Source: Lytechinus pictus
Taxonomy: Eukaryota
Direction: 5' to 3'
Length of the DNA stretch: 64,000 bases
NCBI RefSeq assembly: GCF_037042905.1
Contig: NC_087245.1
Location: forward strand, 33,792,001 to 33,856,000
The notes under the pieces are model-generated. The model searched no databases, had not been told where the DNA came from, and saw nothing but the letters and a program-made list of their open reading frames with translations. The translations under genes and the position numbers were made by a program. Positions 51,049-63,412 of this stretch are shown here, one piece after another (position 1 is the stretch's first letter; each line of letters begins with the position of its first letter).

Positions 51049-51084
<36 letters not shown>

Positions 51085-51332
51085 AAAGAAATGGATGAAG
51101 AGAACAATGGTAGGCGTAGCTTAAATCAAGGTTCCCCAGAGCTATCTACCCTTCGGAAAAATTGGTAATGCCGAAAAAATGTCCCTGCCGGGAATCGAAC
51201 CATCGAACCCATGGCGGCTTGTCATTGTTCGAAACCCACCTTCACCCGACAAAGGAAATTATAATTGGTATAGTGTCGAAAATTTGTCTATCTGACGGTC
51301 AATCGGATCGGGGTCGCCCTAGCCACTGACCC

Positions 51333-51404
51333 GTCTCTGTGGTCTAGTGGTTAAGGCACCGGCGTTCAAAGCTGGGGGCCCGGGTTCGATTCCCGGCAGG
51401 GACA
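51333..51404 (+). tRNA. tRNA-like gene, TCA anticodon (copy 2)
   Basis: Identical to 49121-49192; followed by T6. Confidence 0.75.
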
Positions 51405-51738
51405 TTTTTTCGGCATTACCAATTTTTCCGAAGGGTAGATAGCTCTGGGGAACCTTGATTTAAGCTACGCCTACCATTGTTCTCTTCATCCATTTCTTTA
51501 CAATATTTAAATAAAAAAGAGTTGCCAAAGCTGTTGTACATGTATAACTTTACACATTTGTATACGTTCCCCCTACGTGTACTGTATCAAAGCAATAGCT
51601 TTGATCCAGCTGAAGCATGGCGGCTTGTCATTGTTCGAAACCCACCTTCACCCGACAAAGGAAATTATAATTGGTATAGTGTCGAAAATTTGTCTATCTG
51701 ACGGTCAATCGGATCGGGGTCGCCCTAGCCACTGACCC

Positions 51739-51810
51739 GTCTCTGTGGTCTAGTGGTTAAGGCACCGGCGTTCAAAGCTGGGGGCCCGGGTTCGATTCCC
51801 GGCAGGGACA
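51739..51810 (+). tRNA. tRNA-like gene, TCA anticodon (copy 3)
   Basis: Identical to 49121-49192; followed by T6. Confidence 0.75.
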
Positions 51811-51995
51811 TTTTTTCGGCATTACCAATTTTTCCGAAGGGTAGATAGCTCTGGGGAACCTTGATTTAAGCTACGCCTACCATTGTTCTCTTCATCCATT
51901 TCTTTACAATATTTAAATAAAAAAGAGTTGCCAAAGCTGTTGTACATGTATAACTTTACACATTTATATATATATATATATATATACATGTATAT

Positions 51996-53914
51996 AGTAA
52001 GCCCCCCCCCTAAATCAAATTGCTGTAACTTTCGAACGGAATATTTTTTAAATATGATATTCCTTAGGTGGTTTTCTACAGTCATTAAGCAACTCCTGGT
52101 GAAAAATGAAATTGATAGATTGAGTCATGCATGAATAATCAAAGATTGAATTATAATTTATAAATGACCATTTTGGAAAGTCACAAGGATCGTTTTTCAG
52201 ATTGTGTAAATACAGAGTTGGGCAAAGGTTGTTTTTAGGTGAATTTTATGGTGTTAATGGTGTTTTACAACCATCATTTAACCACTCCACACACAATTTT
52301 GATAACGTATGTTTATGGTTGAGTGAGCACAATTTTTTGTGACCTATCAACATAGGGGTTTATGGTAGTATCCTCTACAACTTGTTAAAACGTGTTAACA
52401 TTCGAAAATGTTGGTGGCTCCACCAATTACTCGGCTTCTCCCCATTTTAAAATTCTGGATCCACCACTGATTTGTCCATAAATTCAACTGATCCTGAGAT
52501 ATTGTTAGGAAAAGAATACATTTTTGCAGTGTAAAGAGTATTCTTTCCCAAGTTTTCGAATATGTTTGCTCAACCATGAAAATGTAAAAAGTTCGGAAAG
52601 TGTGTGGTGATAAAAATGATGGATGATAAAAACAACAGCAATTAGGTCACATTTGAAACCGAATTTGCCCCCATTATTTACTTTATTACCCCCTCAAAAT
52701 GAGTCTGTGAGATTGAAAATGCCCCTTTTCATACTTCGATGCGTGCTCACTCATCCATAAATAAACAAATCGATTTCATTTTTGCACAAGATTCTGCCCA
52801 TAGGTTGATAAACATTACTACCAAATGACATTGCTAAAGACAGCCTTGAAAAAAAAGTTCCACCATATTGAATAAGGGGTTACTTATTCGTAAACATATA
52901 CACCCATAGTGTATACAATGTCTTTGAGAGAGGAAGTCAAAATTTTAACAAAAGTGAAATGAGGGTTTGTTTCATGGACAGTTTTTGTTACTTCTGACAA
53001 CAGTTTCTTTTTCATGGAACTTCGCACATGGCTTCAGAATAACACTATCCAAAAGGTGCGTACACCAAAATAATCATTCGATACGGCACAGAGTGGGTCC
53101 AAGGCCTTGAACTTTCTCCTCATTTGCATAATTTTCGAATATTGTGTGCTCACTGAAGCATTAGACATCTGGATTTTCATGAAAATAAAATCAAATGAAC
53201 TAGCAAGGAGGTTTGTGACAGATATCCATAGTTAGCAATTGCATTTTTTCCAATAACGTAAAAAAAGAGCTAATCACATTCCACATGTTCATTCAAGCGT
53301 GAATGTTTAATTAACCGCCTTTGAATCATTGAAGCGTGATAATTGGTCATAAACATAACGAAAAGAGTTGAGAAAAGATGTCAGTTCCCAAAATGAAACA
53401 ATACTTGCCTGTGATATTTGAAAATCGTATTTTTGTTTTCATTAAATGTACATTGAACCGTGAAACGATAAGTATTGTTGAAGATACTCTTCCCAAAAAA
53501 AACTGTCATCATATTTGATCATTTTATCGATAGAAATGTGGAAAAAAAACAAATTATAGCAAATTTTGATTTGTGTTTATTCAACCGTAAAATTTATCCA
53601 AAAAAAGTTGTATCGTCCTTTAGAAAGTACTTTTTACAAGCCTTCTGACTATTTTTCATGATGAGAAAGTGGAATTAGTTCCAATAAAATGGAATCAAAG
53701 GCATGATATTTGGCTTGTGCATGACTGTTGAAAAGTGACATTTTTGTCTTCTTGTGGTGCTCACTGGAGCATGACAAAAAAATACGTCCATTACATTTAC
53801 TCAGAGGGTAGCCTATAAGATTACCTACACGCTCATATAAAAAAATATATTAAAAACTCCCGTTGGTTCGGAAATTATGGATGTTTGTTTAAGGGGACTT
53901 ACTTTTTTGTTGTG
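51996..53914. mobile_element. Non-autonomous DNA element, EnSpm/CACTA-like (CAC terminus, TA context)
   Basis: Right end reads CACAACAAAAAAGTAAGTCCCCTTAAACAAA on the minus strand; left AGTAAGCCCCCCCCCTAAATCAAA is a truncated match. Confidence 0.55.
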
Positions 53915-53921
53915 TATATAT

Positions 53922-54160
53922 AAACAAATAATGCTGATGATAATGCGTTGATTGCCAATAAAAAAATGTATTGTTCACTCGAATTTTCGACGGTCCTCCG
54001 TCTTCTTCAGGAGTTTACGATGTGTGGTATCAGATCAATCAGAGTCACACATTGTACACATTGCAAACTCCTGAAGAAGACGGAGGACCGTCGAAAATTC
54101 GAGTGACAATAAAAACTTTATTGGCAATCAAAGTATTATCATCAGCATTATTGTGTTACC
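53922..54160. ncRNA. Inverted pair of minimal hammerhead ribozymes (solo PLE pseudo-LTR remnant)
   Basis: ACTC-CTGAAGA-AGACGGAGGACCGTC-GAAA-ATTC-GAGT at 54067-54104 (+) and its exact reverse complement at 53977-54014; arms extend about 95 bp; TA flanks. Confidence 0.8.
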
Positions 54161-54189
54161 TTACTGAAGCCAATACGTGAAACTTTAAG

Positions 54190-54220
<31 letters not shown>

Positions 54221-56230
54221 ATATGTTTATGGCTCTTTGAGAGCATTTGCTATTCTTTCTTCTCGATCTGCAGCAAAAAAAATGAATTTGATTACCTCGT
54301 CAACCTTCTGAAGAAGTGGCCGAGATGCATCCGACGTTGTATCTATGTACAGAGATTATACAGGAAACCTAATGAGAACGGATTGTAACAGTTCGAGGGG
54401 GCAATGGGCATCCTCATAATCTGGGTCAACAGCGAGGTTTGGCATATTAAACCTGATAATCGGTACAGGAGGTACCCCACCCCCAATGACAGACAATAGT
54501 AGGCCATGAACGTTACCTTTTGGCGTATTAAGCCACTCCCATATGGAAGGCAAAGACGCTCATTAAAGCCAACTACCTTACGTATGCTCTAGCAACCGCA
54601 CGTAAGCTTTTTCTTAACCTTGCGTGAGCTAATGGACACATCGGCGAGCTTGATTTTGGGTGTTAAACATGAAAAGCATTCAACTTGTTTCGATAAAAGG
54701 GACTCTCTATGTTTAATGGAGGGGGGGGGGGGGCTACCCTACACGTTGATAAGATTTCACACTTCATATCTTACATCCATGAAACCCCTTCCTCTTATTT
54801 GCTGGAAGTATTTTGAATTACTTTGAAATTATCGAGAAAATGAGGAATATTCGTATCTTCGGTTTCAAAAATCTAAGTTGAAGTTAAACCGTCACGTTAA
54901 ATTGGTATGATATTGTATGAGCCTTGATAAGACTCTTGTGAATCCAACTAAATAGGCATTCAAATAGGCCTATATACATTTGATGCTAACAATGCAAGAA
55001 GAAGTTATTGAATCGTGGATACAAGTGCTAAGAATGTATACCCAATACACAAAAAGTTACATTTCATTTTAACTAGTTTCTGAGGGTTCTCTTCAATTTA
55101 ACTAATTTTCATTCCCACCCAAGCAGGTGTCAAAGTTTAGTGCTTATTTAGAGTGAATATAGTGCATAAATGGATATTTTACAGGTGCATTGATTCAAAT
55201 TGAATCATATTTTTTTCAAATCATTTTATAACTAAATATTTATTATTTCCTAAACTTCAAGACTTTTTAAAATTAATATTTGGCCCTGGTTTTTTTTACC
55301 AAAAAGTCACTTCATTCAATATTCCCAAAAAGTGCTCACTAAAAATTTGGCCGAAAGTATTTAACATAATAGCTGATAATGGAGCATCATTGTCTTGTAC
55401 CACCTTCAACAGTCCAATTTTCTAATATTCTTGAACCCAATTATCCCAGAGCTTGATGAACAAGCAACCATATTGCAATATCATCTAGTTGACAAATTAG
55501 TGGCCATATGAAACTGAGTCCGTGCCTCTTTCCATCACAAAGAATGATTCATTTTATTTTAATCAGATATTTTTTATTCAAATATGATTTTATTGATTTA
55601 TTTTATATAATCTTACCATACAGTACTGGACCAACAATAAGATTTACTCCAAATATTGTTCTTAAAGAGTATATTATTAATCACAAAACCTTATTTAAAA
55701 TATATAATAATAATAATAATTGAGGAGGAAATCAGAGACTGTTTTGAGACGAAACGTTAAGCCTTACTCGGGGAGGGGGGGGGGCAAAATTGTGCACAAA
55801 CTTAGTTTGCAATAAGACGATATGGAAGGGATCCAGTCAAATTTAATATCATCATTCATTTCCCGTGTAAATTGATATTTCCCAATATTCAAATTTACAC
55901 ATGTAAGCAGTGCATCCAAGACGAAATAACAATACTGTTGAAAGTAGTGATGTTTGATGATCTCATCTCATCATAGCTGTAATTGTGAATATATATGAAA
56001 ATTAAGAAAAACTATAAAGATTGAAACGCTCTTATGAAAATCTACACACCCGCCCGTCACATTTTACAGCGTTCTTTCTTGCAACAGCACATATTAAGAA
56101 GTGTCACTGAACATGACCATAAGTATATATAAATGCACAACTGAACATGAGTATAAGTATCTATAATTTTAGACGGCGATCTTTACTAGGATGCCTTATA
56201 CAGCAAGGATTAGGAGAATAAACCTCTTAC

Positions 56231-56245
56231 CATCTGACGGGAGAT
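56231..56245 (-). CDS. Candidate 15-nt microexon, right copy
   Basis: CTCAG/ATCTCCCGTCAGATG/GTAAGA. Confidence 0.5.
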
Positions 56246-59036
56246 CTGAGAATGTTGAGTTACTTTGGGGGCTATTGTCCATGTTTCCACATCCGATATT
56301 TACGATTTCGCAATGTGAGTGAGAACATTTTAGTCTACCGATCGACTACGTTATTATGTAGTGCGCGGGTTGCGGTACACTATTCAATTTTATTATCATG
56401 TAATCATGTGAAAACAAAACAAAACAAAGTTCACTTATCGTAATAGAATGCGAAGAGTTGAGCATATTGTCTGCAGACATTGACCCTGACCCGATCAATA
56501 GACGGGTCAATATACGACCAAAATACCCTTACCCGGAACAAATTGCAACAAATGATTTTTTAACGGCTTTTTGTTCCGATCCCCAGTTTTCGATAAAGAC
56601 ATTCCAGCTATTCTTTGTTATGTGACGGGCATTTTCAATATATTTTCTGCGTTTTTTAATCCGTCCCAGTTGCAGTTGTGAAAATTCCCTAATTACTGCG
56701 GTGCAACTCTCAAGGCAGTAAGTAACCTTTATGCGTAGGTGTTTAATAATAATAATAATAATTAACATTTATATTGCCAACTGATAACCGTAACACAGAA
56801 GTTGCGTCGCATATCTAATATTATTATTATTTATATTCCTTCTATGAATATTCTTGAGTATACTTTACATAATAAATTATTGTTAAATTGGTCACGGTGC
56901 TCGGGGAATAAAATGTAATTCAACACTATTCTGCATGAATCTGCAGTGCATTTTGCTATTCATTGATGAAATGTGAACGAAGTATCGCATAAATATCGGT
57001 ACATGAAAATGTCACTGTTTTTTTTCTGGCCACATCTGTCAGCCTATAAAAAAGGGGCGGATCCAGGTTTTTCCAAAGGGGGGGGGGGGCACATTTTCCA
57101 TTGTAAAAATCTGACAATGAAAACTAAAAATGTTAAGGATTTCAACGAAAAAAAATTATTAAAAAAGTACATTTCAACGAAAAATTTTGACATTTTGTTT
57201 TTACTGCAGTAGTTCTTCACCGGACCAATATTACCATTAATTATCGAAAATTTCGAAAGTAATCATAAACATGAATGTTCCTGTGAAAATGGAAATTTTT
57301 AGAAAGTTGAAATCTTGTAACTCTATCTAGCAATTTGCCTATCAACTATTCGGTTTTGCTTTTGACTTTGGTTAAAGGTCGAATAATTGCACAAGACAAG
57401 TCAATATTCAGTAGGTCATGCGTTTCTTCCATTATTCTGCATTGGTACAATCTCCATTGGTATAGGTATAGTATCAAAATATAATTGAGTGATATCCTTC
57501 AAAAAATGGAACTTTAAGAACAGGTCTTTTGAATGATTGAAATAGCGATTTTATTTGAACATGGGTTGAAATTTTAAAGATACCCTTGTTTGAGAATTAG
57601 TGATGTACGTTATAAAAAATCTGCTATTATGATTGTTGGCATGTAGACAAATTTTACCGATGATAATACAAATTAACTAAATTGTCATGTTTACAGTGGC
57701 TTAACTACGGGGGGGGGGGCACGGGGCCACGTTTCCCCCCCCCCCCCCCCCCCCATCGGCTGGCCCAAAAAAAAAGAAGAAGAAATTATATTATATAATT
57801 GACTATGGTGACATATCATCTTTATGAATTCCTGAAAAAATAGTCCTTAAAATGTCCCTGTTTGGGGTCAATATATACAAAAATTTCAGCTCGCGCTTCG
57901 CGCACGCATTGTTTGTTTAGTAAGAGAAGTACATATCATCATTACAAAAGTTTGCTTATAATTTCCCCTTTTTGGTTTGAATATAAAAATTTTCAGCTAG
58001 CGCTTCGCGCTTGCATGATCTAATTTGTGAGATACATACATCTGTTTAATTGCACAGTCCTTAAAATGTCTCTATTAGGTCAGTATACCTGGCAAGTGAG
58101 GGCGCTTAGCGCGCCCTCTAAGTGTGACTCAAAATATGTACTGGTGCCCCCCCATGCCGTGACCCCAGCTTGTGTTGCACCCTTTTTATCGACGTGAACG
58201 TCTTTGGATATAAGCTAATTGCACCTCCGCCCCTTAGTGACTCCACTTTTAACATTGCTGATTATAATGATTGTGTATTTTTCCCCGATAGTGCCTTACA
58301 ATATGATTTTAGAGTTACTATTACTATATTACTATTACTATTACTATCCATATCCTTTTTATTTCTGTACATTTGGACACCAAGACCATCTACAAACCGT
58401 GTTTTCTTGCTGAAATACAATTGTGAGTGGCACAGGAATTGCTTATCAACCAATTATGTAATTCTATGCATTTTGACACCCAAATCATCTACATATCATA
58501 TTTTATTGTCGATATACAAATTTTATTGGTTTAGAAAAAGAAATCTTTAGATTACACAATATTTATACACACTTGTACACATCTATAAAATCTGCATAAA
58601 CTGTACACTTGTGCATTGTTTATAATTGCACCTTAACTGTAAATTTCATTGTGACATAGGGAGAAGGGGGAGCATTATGGAGGCGGAGCATCGATGGATA
58701 CGGAAGGAGCTTTCAAGTTCTACTCATGTACAGGTGTGTTCCATTTGCTGATTGTATAAAGGGCAGTTCCGTAAAGTAATCGAACTTTGTTCTATTTGTA
58801 GACAAATTTTACCGATGATAATAAAAATTAACTCAATTGTCATGTTTACAGTGGCTTAACTACGGGGGGGGGGGGGGCACGGGGCCACATGAATATAAAC
58901 TACTCCAACGTGATCATTTAAAAGCAATACCACCAATTATATGAACTAAAAAGTAAGTGAACTCATTCAAGGAAGATCACACAAATGGTAGACAGACATG
59001 TGAATCTTATGGAATTGCCCAGAAGCTATTACATTT

Positions 59037-62000
59037 CATAGTTCATAGTTCATAATTCATTTATTACTTCCTTTCACAAAAACATTCATACATGGTAGTT
59101 AAAATAAATGATAATGGAATATATAGTAAGATAAACAAAATGATTGTCAGCGCTAAACATACATTTAGGTTGTTACATAAATCATATCATTTACATTATA
59201 GAGTAGGATTCTGGAGACAAAGGTTACACAAAATTTCACATTTTGAAAGAAAGAGGAGACCTTAAAAAAGCAAGGCTTGTCAAGACAAGGTCCCCAATAA
59301 GGATACGATAAGTGTATAGATATTTTACATACTTTGAATAAGACTACACATCTAAATCTACCTATGGAAAGAAAAGGAAAGAAGGAAAAACAGAGAGAAA
59401 TTATCAAAAATAGGAAAGAGTGAATATATATATATGACTTTATATACAAAATGAAGAGGACATAAGGACAGATAAGAGAGGGGTTATCAAATGAGGAGAA
59501 AGGGTTTATACAGTGCGTATCAAAAAATAGTTTACACTTAGAAAAAATCCTGTAAAATTATGCATTTGTAATATCCTGAAAATTTTTCCACATTTTAACA
59601 TTAGTACAGATCCATTTAAGCAAATGACGATATAACTGTCGAAAAATATTTCTGCTTGAGTGAGCACCACTTACTTTTGAAGAGTTAGTGAAAAATGATT
59701 TGCGCAGAATTTTGAAATAGTTATGCGAATTAAAGTAGACCTTAATCCTGAAGTACGCATGGAATTTAGCTAGTAAAATTGATTTGAAGATATATTTTAC
59801 CTTTTTAAACTTGTTTCCTTGCCCAAAATACTTCGAAGAGTGCATTGCGCCCCACCCCTCTCCCCCACACACCAAGGCCATCGTGACGATATTTGCTTTA
59901 CACTGATCTGTGATTTACATGGAATGCCTTAGGCTTGATTTTCATTTTGTTAATCATTGTAAAGCTTGGGAAAAGTGTGGAGAAACAAGTATTAAATGAA
60001 ATATGAAATGTAAACCCACTTTATATGATAAAAACTTAGTGAAAAAATGCTGGAGATGTTTGATATAAACTTTTGTTCAGATTCAGTTATGTCCTCAGAT
60101 CCAGCTGGCACACAAAAGGTAAGGGTTGTGCTTACTAAGCATTAAAATCTCAATTTGGGCGGCAAAGTTGTTACAAAATGCTTGAATGTATCTGTTTTAT
60201 TAATTGACTAAAAGTCCAAGGGAAATGTATGAAAAATGTTTCGCAGGGTACGTTTGATTTCGCCCTTTCCCCTTGACACAGCGTGAAAACGAGCATTTCT
60301 GCGCAATCAGATTTCTGCGAGCTTTGGACAGTGCTCATTCAAGTGTAACATTCTGTCAAAACTTTTACTTTCATTGGATAGATGAGACCCAAACCCAAGA
60401 TTATATGTGAAAAAACTACCTACATGTTGTATATTTTTTAATTCCCAGGGCTTTTTCAAAGTGTAAACTTTTTTTGATACGCACTGTATACAGGGAGAAA
60501 AGTCGTTGAGACGGCGAAGAGAGAGAGAGAGGGAGAGTTATATTGGGGAGGTGTATAAAGTTTATAAGATAAACGCCAAAAGAGGAGAGGGAAAAAGAGG
60601 TGTACAACCCAAAAAACAAAGGATTATAATAAGTAATCTATTTTATACTAAATATTTTGATGGGTTTCAGTATAAACTTTCAGCAAATGTAATTTTTAGC
60701 TTACGTTTAAAGACCGACACACTGACAGCATGAGTTACTTCAATTATGTCAATGGGAAGTGTGTTCCAAAACTTGGGACCAGTTACGGATAATGTATTCA
60801 GAGCAAAGGTAGTTCTTACCCGTGGTATATGAAGAGCAGCTGCTTGCCTTGTGTTATGATTATGAATTTGACAGTTTTTAATGAATAGTTGAGCCAATGC
60901 ATTTGGGGAAGTACCATTTTCAAAATCATACATGATTGAACCTAACTGCAAAAGATAGATATCCTCTATCTTCAATAATTTATTACTGTGAAACAAAACA
61001 TTAGTATGAGCACGATAACTAGCATGAAAATCAAGTCGAATTGTCCTTTTCTGTGCGATAAGTATCTTTTCTAATTGTGTTCTTTGTGACTTGCCCCATG
61101 CCAACACTCCGTAATTAAGATAAGGTAAAACTAGAGTAGAATATAGAATACGCAAAGTTTCTTTTGGTACAAAAGAACGTAATTTATAGATTACACCAGT
61201 ATTTTTTACATGACTTTACATACACTGTTGCAATGAGACACCTACATCTAGGTCAACTTCTCATCAATTTGTAATCCAAGAAACTTGGTGGATCTTACCC
61301 TCATAATGTCAACATTGTCAAATAATAAACCTTGTGGTAAAACTGACAGAGAATTACCAAAGAGCACATAGTTAGTTTTCTGAAGATTCAAGGACAACTT
61401 GTTTGCATCGATCCACTGAACTACATATTCCAATTTAGTGTTAACCGTTGCTGACAAGGCATTGGGATCTTTATGAGAAAAAAATAAACTCGAATCCTCA
61501 GCAAAAAATGAATGACAAAACATCAAATGACAGACTAAAATCATTTATATACAGTATGAAGAGAAGGGGGCCAAGAAGAGATCCCTGAGGGACTCCACAC
61601 GACATGGTTTAATAACTTGAGTCGGTTCCATATTACGATACATATTGTTTTCTGTCAGTTAAGTAACTCCAGAACCAACTAAGAGCTATGCCTCTAACTC
61701 CATAATTCTCTAGCTTATTAGAATTTCATGATCAACCGTATCAAAAGCTTTTGAGAAATACAAGAAAATGCCTATCGTGTGGTGATGGTTATCTAAAGAT
61801 CGAGCCACTTTATCAACGAAATTCAGTATAGCATGGGTAGTGGTATGTTTTTCACGAAACCCAAACTGGTATTTTGAAAGTATTTCAGTCTTTTTGAAAA
61901 AGGTTTCTGTTCTATTTTATACAAGTTTTTCCAAAATGTTTGAGAAAGATATCAATAATGAAATTAGTCTATAATTACTGACTTTGAGGATCACCCTTTT

Positions 62001-63412
62001 TAAAAATTGGCACCACTTTAACAAATTTCATTCGTTTTGGCACAATGCCAGATGTGAAAGATAGATTGAAAATGTGTACAAGGGGACTCACAATACCATG
62101 CCCAATATCTTTAATCAGCTCATTTCTAATACCATAAAACCTAAGACTCTTATTGCTTTTCAGCGAGGTCACAAGTTCCAACAGTTTAACTTCATGTGTT
62201 GGCAGTAAAAACAGACTTTCTGTATTTGTCTCTTGCATGGAATTACGAAAGTTCTTCATCTGACATCTAGGGATAGACTCCTGAAGTTTCAGCCCAACAT
62301 TGAAAAAGAAATCATTAAACTTTTCAATTTGCCTATCTTTCACCGAACAACCATTTACATTAATACATTCAATATTGATAGTTTTTATGGGCGATTTAAA
62401 AATACTTCTGATTACTTTCCAAGTAATTTTAATATTTTTGAATGTCATCTGAAAACGAGCAGAATAATATTGTTTCTTAATAGTACGTAATAAAGAGGCA
62501 AGGATGTGTTTATAATTAGCATATTTTCTTCTATTTGAATCAGAACTCCTCTTTTTATATTGATAGTGTAATTTGGTTTTCTATTTGATAGACGTTAATA
62601 TAGGCATACGTGGAACTTTATTTTAGTTATTCTTCTTATATTCAACTAGTGGAACATTCTCATCATAGAGCTACATAAATTTACTGAAGAAATTTTCAAA
62701 GGCGTTTTCAATCATTCCAATTTGTTGTTAGTAGAGCTTCTCTCAAATAAGCAACATTTTCTGGAGTACTTCTGCGCACAGCTTTCCTGTCTTTGGGTTT
62801 ACAATGTGGTCTTCCTAAAGGCAAATTACAATATACAGGAAAGTGGTCTGATATGTCAGATACTATTATCCCATAGATATGGTTGCACATTACAAAAATA
62901 TTGTCAATCAAAGTACTTGAAACCTCTGTGATTCTGGTTTGTCTAGTGATAAGGGGCAGTAGGGAGAAGGACATTAGTATATTCAGGAAAAGATCAACTT
63001 GAGGTTCACTATTACAAAGTAAGAGGTTCAGATTATAATCTCCCATAAGATACACTGATTTTCCAACTAAAAGTGGATTGTTCAGTACGGACTGGAGTTC
63101 ATTTATGATATCATTAAAGTTTGAATTTGGAGGCCTGTATACCACAACTATAATCTGATTCTTTTTGCCAGAGTTATCGATCTCAACAAAAACAGTTTCT
63201 AGCTGATCAGACATAATATTAAGGTCCTGATGAACCTGGTGCTCTATTTGGGAAGGGATATACAGAGCAACGCCTCCCCCTCATTTGCTCGTCCGATTAT
63301 TATTTACAAGATTATAACCAGAAATTGTAAAAAGATTCCTTTCAACTTAACTGAAAAACCATGTTTCAGTGATACCAAGTGTTACCAATCCTGTACCACT
63401 ATTCTCAACAAA
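59037..63412 (-). mobile_element. CR1-group LINE, 5'-truncated in the endonuclease, degenerate
   Basis: VYRPPN, MGDYNLNLL, TLIDNIF, SDHFPV, KVVPIFKKGD, GVPQGSLLGPLLF, TGPKFWNTLP; (AACTATG)n tail; empty site ATTACATTTGAGCAGTC at 25041-25057. Confidence 0.9.
59511..60486. mobile_element. Tc1/mariner-type MITE nested in the LINE 3' UTR
   Basis: TIR CAGTGCGTATCAAAAAA(T/A)AGTTTACACTT; TA TSD. Confidence 0.9.

Larger units (their letters stand above)
49341..51050 (-). mobile_element. Penelope-like element (GIY-YIG type), 5'-truncated, with inverted pseudo-LTRs
   Basis: WFNPPYS...CNCRVKEDCPLRGNC...IIYKASV...VYFGL...FKERFRNH...TELSKYIW, continuing CNLCLDEK...LNRRSELISTCRH once the MITE is removed; pLTR 49341-49423 is inverted at 50901-50983. 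Confidence 0.93.
51079..51966. mobile_element. tRNA-carrying element, copy B: inverted arm plus tandem 406-bp units
   Basis: 51079-51201 is inverted relative to about 51383-51505; direct repeat with period 406 (51333/51739); (TA)n flanks. Confidence 0.85.
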
